Shown: positions 25,642 to 36,520 of the stretch, one piece after another
Position numbering within the stretch: position 1 is the first letter of the stretch
Layout of the letters: every line of letters starts with the position of its first letter
Assembly: GCA_013239625.1 (NCBI GenBank)
Contig: MU054323.1
Span: 11,927,815 to 11,991,814, forward strand
DNA from: Lama guanicoe
Taxonomy: Eukaryota
Length of the DNA: 64,000 bases
Direction of reading: 5' to 3'
Made by a program: the position numbers and the translations under genes
Notes under the pieces: model-generated
Seen by the model: only the letters and a program-made list of their open reading frames with translations
Databases searched by the model: none
Told to the model about the DNA's origin: nothing

Positions 25642-25937
25642 TGCATTTTCTGGAACATTAAAGGGAATCCAAATGGATCAAACAGATAATTGTTAAGTTT
25701 CCCTTTCTTTTCCAATCCCTGTCGCTGCTCTGCTCTCTCCCGAAAAGAGCCAAAGGCCAATGTGCCTTTTTTCTCCTGCTCTCATATCTTTTATGATTTT
25801 GTGATGTGGATTCACTTAGCCTCCAGGCCGAAGAGCTGTGACCATTCTTGCATTAGCAGGAGGTAGCCTCCCCAACGAGGGAGGGATCTCCTTCCATTGC
25901 CTTCCATCCCCACCTTCTTTTCTCCCCCTCTTCCCAG

Positions 25938-26465
25938 GACCAGCTGCAGGCCCAGGACTTCAGCAAATTCCCACCTCTGAAGAGCAAGCTGCTGGAGGTG
26001 GTGGACGACATGCTGGCCCAGGACATCGCCCAGCTCATGACGCTGGTGCGCCAGGAGGAGACACGTCGGCCCATCCAGGGGGTGAAGGGCGGAGCCTTCG
26101 AGGGCACCCTGCACAGCCCCTTTGGGCACGGCTACGGGGAGGGGGCTGGGGAGGGCATCGATGACGCCGAGTGGGTGGTGGCCAGGGACAAGCCCATGTA
26201 CGATGAGATATTCTACACCCTGTCGCCGGTGGACGGCAAGATCACAGGTGCCAACGCCAAGAAGGAGATGGTGCGCTCCAAGCTGCCCAACAGCGTGCTG
26301 GGCAAGATCTGGAAGCTGGCCGACGTCGACAAGGATGGCATGCTGGACGATGAGGAGTTCGCGCTGGCCAACCACCTCATCAAAGTCAAGCTGGAGGGGC
26401 ATGAGCTGCCCAGCGAGCTGCCTGCCCACCTCGTGCCCCCATCCAAGAGGAAAGCTGCCGAGTGA
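25938..26465 (+). CDS. EHD3: EHD3 coding exon 6 (linker and C-terminal EH domain)
   Basis: Long pyrimidine tract then cccag|GAC; DQLQAQDFSK...EWVVARDKPMYDEIF...WKLADVDKDGMLDDEEF (EF-hand loop)...KAAE; TGA at 26463-26465. Confidence 0.97.
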   Translation, partial: DQLQAQDFSKFPPLKSKLLEVVDDMLAQDIAQLMTLVRQEETRRPIQGVKGGAFEGTLHSPFGHGYGEGAGEGIDDAEWVVARDKPMYDEIFYTLSPVDGKITGANAKKEMVRSKLPNSVLGKIWKLADVDKDGMLDDEEFALANHLIKVKLEGHELPSELPAHLVPPSKRKAAE

Positions 26466-28080
26466 CGGGAGGTGCAGGAGTGCAGAGCGGGAGGTGTTAG
26501 AGGAGCTGGGAGAGGCGATGCCACATACACACACACAGACCTTGAGAACAGCACTGCAGACCAGAGGGGACAGTGATCCCCAGGTTTCCAGGTGGATCTT
26601 CAAGTTCTTGGCTTTGGTTGAAGCACAGGCGCACTCCCAGGGCCCCAGGTGTCAAGCCTAGGTCTCCAGCCCTCCTTCCCTCCCATATCCCACTGCCCAG
26701 AGACCTGCCTTCCCCTGCAGAGGCGGTTCCCTTGCCCACAGATGGCCCACCCACCTCCCGATTCTCCCGACTCAGAGCAGATGGAGAGGGCTTTTCACTG
26801 AATACGCAGTCCATTTTCCCCCTGTGCTTTCTCCCCCGTCTTTGGCTTCCTAGTACGAAATCTGCTCTGGGACCAGGATATGTGAGGGAAGGTGGGGGGG
26901 CCGGCTACTGCAGGTGGGGAGGGGAGAGGGAAGCACCCTAGGGGAGCCAGGCCCCTGACTTGAAGAGACATGGCCCTGAGCCATGTTCCTTCCCTGGCTT
27001 GGGCCCTGACTGCTTCGGCAAACCTGGCTTTGAACCCTGCTTGCACTTCGTTTCAAAGAATCCCAGAACCAGAGAGACAAGAGAAAAAAATTGGCAGGCA
27101 AGAAAGCCAAGAAACTGTCCCGTCATCCTCTGCTCTCACAGCCAGTCAGGGTGGCTTGGTTCCACAGATTCTGTGAGATTCATGTTTTTCCTACCGGCCT
27201 CTCGTGTGGATGCTTGTTCTTGACTCGCATTTTGAGTGCCAGGAGCACTGGATGCACGTGAGCCCACGTGGTCCTCACCACTCTCCGAGGAAGTATGCCT
27301 TAGTCCCTCCTTTTGCAGGGAGGAGCCTGGGCCTCAGAGGGGTCTAGGTGCCCCTCCCAGCACCACAGAGCTCACACACGATCAAGCCAGGGCCACGGAC
27401 TCTTCCCTCCGTCCTGATAAGGTGCAGGAGCCCAGTGTCCGCTTGAGGACAAAGCATGGAGAAGAAGCAAAGTATTTAGCCCCTCACAGCCTCGCAGAGC
27501 AGGCTGGCGGGGGAGAAGGGCCAGCCAGCATTTGGTGGGCTACCAGTCTGGCCATCTATCACATCACAGAAGCAAACTGTGCCTTCTGGCGATGCGCCCT
27601 GTGTTCCTAAAATCGCAGAAGCCCAACATCGCCAGCCGGAGAGTGGGCTGGCCTGCTGGGGGCTGTTTGCCTCTGTCTCTACTCCGCCTCCCACCCAGTA
27701 GCCTGAATCATCCCAGCTCAAATGCAGCCACCGACTCTTACCGAGTGGGACCTCCGTTCTCAGAGGGCCAGCTTGAGAGGGCTGAGGTCGTGTTCCCTGC
27801 AGGACCCCATGACTCTGCAGTGTCCTTGGCAAACCCACACCATTCTTGGTGCCCTCCTGCCTCCCTCATGGTCCCTCCCTTGGCTTGCTTTGTGGTCACT
27901 GAGCCAGTCACTTTGTATGCTATGCTCCTATTGTGATGGAAAACGAAAATAAGTATAACTTATTTTGTATCTACGTTCAGACTACATAGAGAATATTCTG
28001 TGATCTATGATGTGCTTACTACTGCAGTGCATTTGTCATCAGTATTCATGTCAATATAGCACATTTATCCTTTGGTACCT
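26466..28080 (+). other. EHD3: Probable EHD3 3' UTR
   Basis: Follows the stop codon, largely repeat-free, and ends in an AT-rich block (~27910-28080) with variant poly(A) hexamers. The 3' end is inferred. Confidence 0.55.
28053..28058 (+). terminator. Candidate variant polyadenylation signal AATATA
   Basis: Known minor PAS hexamer in the AT-rich distal UTR block, followed by T-rich sequence; no AATAAA seen nearby. Confidence 0.35.
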
Positions 28081-30569
28081 TCTTGGCCACAGAGCATCAT
28101 TCCATGGGAGGCTGAGGAAGAGGATCTGGGTTCTTACTTGGGCATCTTTGGCAGAGGATCAGGGCTGTCCGTAGCCAGCATCCACAGACAGTATCCCACT
28201 GGCCTGGTGCCTCTCTGGGCTCATTGACTATCCAGGCTGCCCCGGTGGAACCACCCTGCCACTCTGGAGTGGAAGTGGTCCCTAGCTCCTGGGCTTCCTT
28301 CTGCATCCCCGCATTTCTCTTTCTCCTGCAAAGGAAGACTGAGGCAGAGAGGTCTAACCTCCTCTAACTCAAGTGCCAGGCCCAGCAGAGGGACCATGTC
28401 TCAGCTCTGTGCCTTTACTTGAGCTGAAGGAGAAGTGGGGAGATGCAGAGGGAGCGGAGGTGTCTGTATTTTAGATGAAAGGGGGTGTGTTAGCCCCCTA
28501 AATCTCCCATGCCACATGTACCACCTTCGTGCCCTGCCTCTCCCCCTCCCTTCTTCAAGGCTCCGCTCCTGAGAGAGCCGGGAGGGGTGGGAGTTACACG
28601 CTGGCACTTTTCCCATCTCCTGAGAAAGAGGAAATGGTGCCTGAAGCTCCTCCCCGTAGGTGAGGGGACACTTGAGGAACACTTTCTCTAGGGCTGTCCC
28701 TCTGGCTCTTGCTGCCTTGCCTACTGACCTCTTGCAGGCTCTGGGGTCAGGGGAGATCTCGTGCCTCAGCCTGGAAACCATTTCACGTGGAAACAGAGAC
28801 ACGCTGTGGCAGTCTTAGCAGCAAGGCTCCCTAGAGCCCACGCTGGCCTGTGGCTCGTTCCCCCCAACTCAGCCTGCACCACAGAGATTATCACTGTCTC
28901 CGGGAAGCTTGCCCCTGGCATCTGAGGGCTAAGTCATGACCAAAGCTTAGTGTTCAGGGGACACAGCAGGGCGTGGCCTCAGTTTGGTGAGTGGGGGGAG
29001 GTTACCCTGAGTCACTGCCACTCCCATCTGTCCCCTCTGCTCCAAGAACCGACATTCACGTGTTTGCTGGTCCGAGTTAGCACAGCTATGGGGGGAACAG
29101 TCTTATTTTCCCTGTGAGATGTTAACTAGCCTCTATACGTATTCAGTCTTCTATTATTTAATTTGTCCGTCCATCCATCCATCCACCCATCCATCCTTCC
29201 ATCCTTTCACTCACAAGACACTGAGAACACCCTGCAGAAGAGGCCCTCAGATGAGATTTGTACATCCACTGAGCCATGCAAAAGTACTTAGTACATGTCC
29301 TCTGTGCAGGAGGGACAATTCCAGGTGGATCTAACCAAGTTCCAGCTCTCAAAGTGCCCACAGCCTATTCAGGGAAATGAGACATTTACGCAAACCTTGA
29401 CAATACAACGAGGGACCGTGACAGGTCCTGGAACGGGGGAGTGCAGGCAAACTGGGGGCTCATGAGGGTCAGAAATAGCTTCCAGCTGGGGAGGAGGTGA
29501 TCAGAGGGAGCCTGGGGGGAGGGTGGGGCACTTGAGGTTGACCCAAGGCCTCCTGGGGGCTGCCCCGTTATCTCCCTTCCCTAATCCGAGGAAGACAGGA
29601 TTTTTGTACAAAAGCAAACACACAGCATTCCCAGCCCACGAAGTCCTGACAGACTCAGAGTCTCTGATGTATTTGAGGAAAAGCATGATGAGAATTTTTC
29701 CCCTGGGGAATGGTTTTTCATAGGCCACTTCCAAGAACAAATTTTATCAGTATCCTTAAAGTTGAAATTTTCAGTGCCTGAAGAAAAAGGAAAAGGACAA
29801 CGGGGGAATGTGAGTTATCCCAGCTGGGGCCATGAGGGAACTGGGAGGACGAAAGGGGCACGCTCACCCCGACCTGCCCTGGAGGTAATGAGTGCCGTCC
29901 CCAGTGCTGCTGCGGTCCTGCGGTCCTGCGGTCCTGCCTGCCGGCACAGGGAGGACTGAACTTTCTGCCTCCTTCAAGTTCAGTGAGCTGGGGGGACTCG
30001 CCTCGGCTGGCGAGACATGGTGGTGAGCGCTGTGTCCCTTCCTGGCAGAAACGAGCCTGCAGTTTGCCACGTTCTGCTTCTCTTGCCTGGCGGGAGTGCA
30101 TGCGGCAGGCTTGCGGAGCCCACGTCCCTGGCTCGCTCTGACGCCTGTCGCCAGCCGGCACTGGGCAGGTGGCACGAGCAAAATGTAAACTCTAGTCATT
30201 TTCATTTTAAGCCACTAATAGTCCCGGGCTAATTCTTACCCAGCGTCACCTAGACCATTATGACCCAAATACCCGCGAAGTTCTTCCCATCGTTTAGTCC
30301 AGTGAGTAAGTGTAAAGAGAGGAAGTCTTCTGGGAGATTGAGTTCCTGCTTTTTAAGAACCAAGGTCACCTGAAGCCTAAGGCATAGGTGATTTGCCCAA
30401 AGTCCTTTAGGGTCCTTAAGCCATTTTCTGCAATGTCCCAGACCCAACCATTCAATATTGCTTTTTAAGCTGGAGAACTTCACACCGATGGAGCTAAACA
30501 CTGATAGGACCTGTCTTTTCCTGCAATAATAAAGAACCTGGGGTTCGGGCATTTGTCTGCCTAGAGCTA

Positions 30570-30700
30570 ATCAGAGAGCGCACAGGTTGGAAAGAGAGAA
30601 ACTACAACTCCCAGAACCCCTTGCAGCCAGGTTCAGGATGTGACTGCAGGTCCTGCCAGGCAGAAATACTCATGGGAGAGTTTGCTGAAGTGGATCGTGC
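30570..30700 (+). mobile_element. Old ERVL LTR fragment (LTR33/LTR16-like)
   Basis: aaactacaactcccagaaccccttgcagccaggttcaggatgtgact motif. Confidence 0.45.
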
Positions 30701-33700
30701 CAGAGGTGGACCAACAGCTAACACAAAAGCTTCCTGACCTCACAGCTTCCTTTTTATGCCTGAGAAGCTAGAGGCCTTGCTTGAGGCCAGGTGAAGTGGT
30801 GGCCTGCACTAGTGACAGCCCCATAAATGATCATCTGTCACTGGTGTTTGCCCACCTGAGCAGGATGCCACAGCACCACTGAGATGTGCAAAGGAGACCC
30901 AGGCTGCAGCAGGGGAGGCTTTGTGGAGGGTGTGTGTGTGTGTGTGCCTGTGTCAGGAGGATACACTGATGTGGTTCGCGCTGGAGGAGTGGGGAAGAGG
31001 GGATGGCAGGGCTTTCCAGAGAGAAGATGGCTGGGGAATTTTCAAAGCAATAATCCCTTTCTAAGAAACCAGAGGGTCTGAAAGTGTGCACTTAGAACAC
31101 TTGAGATGTTAAAATAAGGAAATGTTAAAAACAGCAGTTCTGTCTCCCCTACTAGAGTTTCATGATGGGAGTTTCTGCCAATGCCGCCTGAGGAAATGCA
31201 ACATGGCGGCAACCACAGCCCAGGGACAGGTCAGCGTATACACGCATCATTACACAGAGGAGCGATGGAAAGGGCGGGGACTGGGGATTCAGGCTACCCC
31301 TGAGTCCCCAGGCTACCTCTGAACCCCAGCGTCAGAATAAGCTGGGTTGGTCTCTCTGTGCCTCCATTTAATTTTCCCCTAAGGAGGGAGTATTTCCATT
31401 TTTTGGAGATATTGTGAGAATACAAAGAAATGATAGCTGGGAAGGTTCACCAGTGACATCATCTCTGCACATGTGAGTTTCGTTGGCACGTGCTTAAAGA
31501 GGATGGATCAGTAAAGAGGTGAGAATCCTATCTATGGAGGGAAGGAGAGCAGCCAGGCCCCCAAAAGGCACAGAGAGCAAGGAGAACAGAGGAGGAGATG
31601 TGGAGGCTCTGGGAAGAGCCATGCTGGCAGTGCTGGAGTGCCTGCGAGGTGCCGGGGCCCAGAGTCTACCTGTGGGTACCTGCAGGCCCTGGACCATGGC
31701 GGCTTCTGCCACCTGGGCAAAGTGCACAGCCCTGCATCCCTGCCTGAACTCCTGGGCACCACGGTCTGGTGCCAGCAGGGGGCTTCAACAAGCCAGGTAC
31801 ACTCACTGGGTGGGTTGTTGGGAGGGACAGCATGACAGCCTAGCTCTAACACAGACCATTGACGGATGTCATAGGTCAGAGCAGATTCTCCAGTATAGTG
31901 AATACACAACATATCAAATGCTTATCTTCATTCATAAACTTTCAGAATCACACTACTGTGTCAGGTAAAGTCTCCTTTTCTGCCAGCCAGTGGGTTTTTT
32001 TGTAGCATTTCTTAATCCTTGTTTAAGACAAGGAGCTAAGACAGTAGCAAAGGCCAGGCCAGCACAGGAAAAGATGACCTTCATTGCATCCCAACCTTAT
32101 CACCGGATGGGACTGGGATTTGATTCACCTCGAAGAGACTCTCAGATTTACTGGCGGAATGATAACGCTGGTGAAATCTGACTTCAGTCCAGGTGTCCTT
32201 TCTCAGAGGCCACTTCTCTCTTCTCTTTCTCTATTCTCCTTCCCACCCCCATCTCCTTCTCCCCAGTTGGGCACTCTGCCCTCTCCAGGCCGGTGACACA
32301 CACACGTATACGCGCACACACACGCACACCACTCCCATCAGCCATGTTGCTCCATCCCATATAGCTCGGTCTTGCCATGGAACCATCAGCTGCTCTGAGG
32401 AACCAAGAGTCTGCACGTGTGACATGGGGTCAGATGCTGCTGCCATGACTCTGGTCACAGGTGGGAGCCTAGGAGGGTGGCCCGGCAGGAAGGTCCCTGT
32501 CAATCCATCAGAGAAGAAGGCCACAGTCAGGGTGAGGCCAGTGTGGGGACATGCCAACACGCAGGCACCTGCTCACATGCAGGCTTCTCTCAGGCTCTCA
32601 TCTGCTTCCTAAATGCCTCCACTGTCTCAGCAGTAAGGCAATTCCCTTCATTCCAGAAAGTTCTACCCCTCAGGAAGATGCCCCAGAGTGAAAAGATATA
32701 AACTGCAAGGAAGTCAGCTGGTGCCTCTGGCCCCGAACAGAGTAGCTGTCCAGGCCCCAGAGCAGATGCAGCTCGTCCTCCTGATACCCTGGCACGTCCA
32801 GGGACCACAGGAAGTGAGGCCTGAGATAACAGTAGCCCTGAACTCTGCAGTGACATTTCCTGGAATTTCTTGAGATGAAGAGAAAACAAGCAGACCGGCT
32901 CTCAGCCTCAGCACTTGGCCAGACGTCACTCCTCAGCCCCAGGGACTGACTCAGTGTTCAGCCTGGAATCCAGGTCTAGTGGTCTGTGTACAAGAAGCCC
33001 CACATTATGCAGCAAGGATTTCAATCAGGCTGCCTTGACTGAAAAATGAGAAAAATCCACAAGCCGGGATTTTCCAAGCCCTGATTCAGATACTCCCGCA
33101 AGCAAACGTGACACTTCCACCTCCACCAGCTTCTCCTCCACCTGCAAATCCCTAGGGCTTTGGGGTCTCCATCTGCCGCTGCTACCTTACAGCACTGTCA
33201 TTCACATACTTGGGTAATTCCGCCATCCAGATAATAAGCTCCTTAAGGGCACAGGACAGGCTCAGCACAGGGCAGAGGATGACTTGCTGTGTCCCCTAGA
33301 TTGTCCTTGAGTACTCACCGTCCCTGCTGCAGGTAGCCCTGCCAGCCCTCACCTTCAAGCTGCCTCCAGAAATTATCCTCCACTGCAGAGACCTGCCTGC
33401 CCCCGTGCCACAGCCTCTTCCCAGGGCCAGCGGCACCCAGTGAGTGGTCAATGAGGGGACATAAAGGCCTGGTCCCTTGCCCCACTTGGAATAGCTCCAA
33501 AGGGCCATCGCAGCTTTAGAACTCCCCACGACCCGGCCAAGCCCTCAAGATCACACGTGCAGCCCACCTGCTCCCTGTGCCCACTCCTGCCTCCTTCCCT
33601 CTCTCTTTCCAAGTGTCCAATCCCAAGAGCATCCTCTCATAAACTTGCTGCAGGCTAAACGCCAGCCCAGCCTCTGCCTCCCAGGGGACCCAGCCTGCAA

Positions 33701-34712
33701 CAGAGAGAAGGGTCTGGAAAATAGAAGCTGCCCAGTAAATACCGGTCGGCACACCTGAACGGTCAGCTGCTTGGTGATAAATCCCATCAGAGGCTGGCCT
33801 CTTGGGGACTAGGCAGCTGACCAGGCAAACAGGAGCAGTGGCCTTGCCAGAAAATACCTGCCGCATGGCACCAGGCTTACTCGGCCAGCCACTCTCAATT
33901 CCTGAGAGGAGCTGGAGTCCCGGAACACAGGGGACAGGCAAATGGTTCCAGAACTGTTACACCTCATGCAGCTCCAGCCAGAGGGTTGTTTATTAGTAAG
34001 TGAGGAGAAGGAACCACTCTTCTGTGCAGAATGAGACCATTTTTCAAATCACTCTCGCTTTGCAATGTCTTCTTTTCTTACTGAAAGCAATCCCCCCTGT
34101 GTTGGGTCGTGCCACAGCTCAGAGAGAGATGGAGACCACAGATGATGGAGAGAATATCCTTTCCTGGGTTGCAGCTCCAGCCAGTTTCCCAAAAAGTAAG
34201 CATCAGAGGGAAGGACCTTTCCTTAGGAGCAGATTGATGAAGATGCTGTCCTTAAGTAGAAGTCTGGAACCACTGCATATAGAGGCAGACTTTTCTACGT
34301 TTGCTATAAAAGCCCTTGTGGTAAGAACGAGATTTATTTTTTTAAACTGAAGGCTTACAGGATATAATAGAAGATGGGTGGATGTCAAAGAACTAGGGCA
34401 ACTAAAGGAAATCTGACAGAGATCAGGGCGCCCACAGCTGGTTTCCGCCTCCAAGCGGCCGAGGACGGGTAGCAACTTCCTGGAACACTGACGGGAGGAA
34501 GAGTGTGAAACCCAGGGCGCCGTCCGTGACCAGTCAGCTACCTCTTCGGTGGCACATTCACCCTAAAGTGTCACCAGTTCTTTAGTGAAGAGGAATCACA
34601 TTCAATATGAGAGCCACATTGTATATTATATATGGTTTATTATATAAATATTATGTGCCAGACATAGTTAATAGTTAAATAAACCATGTAGATCTCATTC
34701 TATATTCTCAAA

Positions 34713-35720
34713 TTTTTTTCTATTTTTTAATTGAAGCATGGTTGATTTACAATGCTGGGCTAGTTTCAGGTGTACAGCTAAGTGATTCAGCTCTGCACAC
34801 ATATATCCATTCCTTCTCGGATTCCCCTCCACTATAGGCTACTACAAGATACGAAACTCAGCTCCTCGTGCTATGAAGCAGGTCCCTGCTGTTAATCCAC
34901 CCTACACAGAGCAGTTTGCACATGTCGATCCCAAATGCCCAACCTATCCCTTCCCCTCCTTTCTCTTTGGTAACCATAAGTTTGTTTTCTATGTCTGTGA
35001 GTCTATTTCTGATTTTTAAATAAGTTCATTTATATCATTTTTTAAAGATTCCACATATAAGTGATATCATATGATATTTGTCTTTCTCTGTCTGACTTAC
35101 TTCACTTAATATGATCATGTCTAGGTTTATCCACATTGCTGCAAATGGCCTTATTTCATTCCTTTTTATGGCTGAGTAGTATTTCATTTTATATATATAT
35201 TTCAATATATATATATCCCACAAATTCTTTATCTATTCATCTGTCGATGGACATTTAGGTTGCTTCCATGTCTTGGCTATTGTAAATAGTGCTGCTATGA
35301 ACATTGGGGTGCATGTATCTTTTTGAATTAGAGTTTCCTCCAGATATATGCCCAGGAGTAGGATTACTGGATCATATGGTAAGTCTACTCTTAGTTTTTT
35401 AAGGAACCTCCACGCTGTTTTCCATAGTAGCTGCACCAATTTACATTCCCATCAACAGTGTAGGAGGGTTCCTTTTTCTCTACATCCTCTCCAGCATTTA
35501 CTATTTGTAGACTTTTTAATGATGGCCAGTCTCACTGGTGTGAGGTGGTATCTCGCAGTTTTGATTTGCATTTATCTAACAATTAGTGATGTAGAGCATC
35601 TTTTCATGTGCTTGTTGGCCATTTGTATGTCTTGTCTATTCAGGTCTTCTGCCCACTTTTTTGATTGGGTTGTTTGTTTGTTTGTTTGATATTAAGCTAT
35701 ATGAGCTATTTGTATATTTT
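34713..35720 (-). mobile_element. L1 3' end (ORF2 C-terminus, 3' UTR, poly-A remnant), antisense
   Basis: Minus-strand ORFs give L1 ORF2 peptides ([13 protein letters not shown]...[49 protein letters not shown]); T-rich tail from 34713. Confidence 0.92.
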
Positions 35721-35872
35721 CCAGACAAGGGAACAGTATAAAATCCCAGAAGAAGAACTAAGTGATGTGGAGATAGGCAATCTTCCTGAGAAAGAGTTCA
35801 GAGTAATGATTGTAAAAATGATCAAATATTCAGGAGGAGGGAGAATGCACAGACGAGAAGTTAGAAGTTTTT
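35721..35872 (+). mobile_element. Inverted L1 ORF1 N-terminal fragment joined to the preceding L1
   Basis: Plus-strand peptide QTREQYKIPEEELSDVEIGNLPEKEFRVMIVKMIK resembles the L1 ORF1p N-terminus (LPEKEFRVMI motif). Confidence 0.8.
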
Positions 35873-36299
35873 ATCATTCACTTTGTCATTTTTGAAAAGT
35901 CTTGAGAAAAACAATCCTCTTCAGATACTTCTAAACAAATAGAAGGCTGGACACAGTGAACCCCAATTAATCATTGTGGTAAAGACCCTGCTGGCCAAAG
36001 TAGGCAGAATGGGCAAGCAGCACTCCTTATGGAATACGCCTTCTTAAGGCCTGTTCCTGATTGTGTCTGGCCTTGGTTATAGAACCGAAGGTCTTGGAGC
36101 TGACTTTGGACAACATCATGTCCACCCAGCCTCAGACACCCAGCAATAGGCTTCTGTATCCTTACAGTCATAAGGTCATAACCCTAACCCTGCCCACCCA
36201 CATGTCTGGACCAATTTCTTCTAGATGCAATATCTATCAGCAGTCACTATCCTTAATATGCACATGGAACTACATCTGGAAAGAAAGTAGGACCAAGAT

Positions 36300-36520
36300 A
36301 CATTTCAAAACACATAGGGTATATACAACGCCAAGAGTGAGCCCTAATGTAAACTATGGGCTTTGAGTGATGCTAACGCATCAGTGGAGGGTCATCCATT
36401 GTAATGAGTGTACCTCTGTGGTGGGGGATGCTGATTGTGGGGGTGAGGGCATATGAGAACTCTCTACTTTCTGCTCAGTTTTGCTGTGAACCTGAAACTG
36501 TTCTAAAAATAAAGCCTATT
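36300..36520 (+). mobile_element. L1MC-like 3' end
   Basis: ccaagagtgagccctaatgtaaactatgg...ttttgctgtgaacctgaaactgttctaaaaataaag, followed by A-rich and (GCAA)n sequence. Confidence 0.8.

Larger units (their letters stand above)
943..26465 (+). other. EHD3: EHD3 gene span, start codon to stop codon (EH domain-containing protein 3, dynamin-like ATPase of endocytic recycling)
   Basis: Six coding exons of 227+177+98+413+165+528 = 1608 nt splice in frame at GT-AG sites to give 535 aa. N-terminus MFSWLGSDDRRRKDPEVFQTVSEGLKKLY and C-terminus PPSKRKAAE are EHD3-type rather than EHD1/2/4. Confidence 0.97.

Noticed and set aside
25812..26661. 263-aa antisense and 179-aa alternative-frame ORFs over exon 6
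   Set aside because: Shadow ORFs caused by the GC3-rich codon usage of EHD3.
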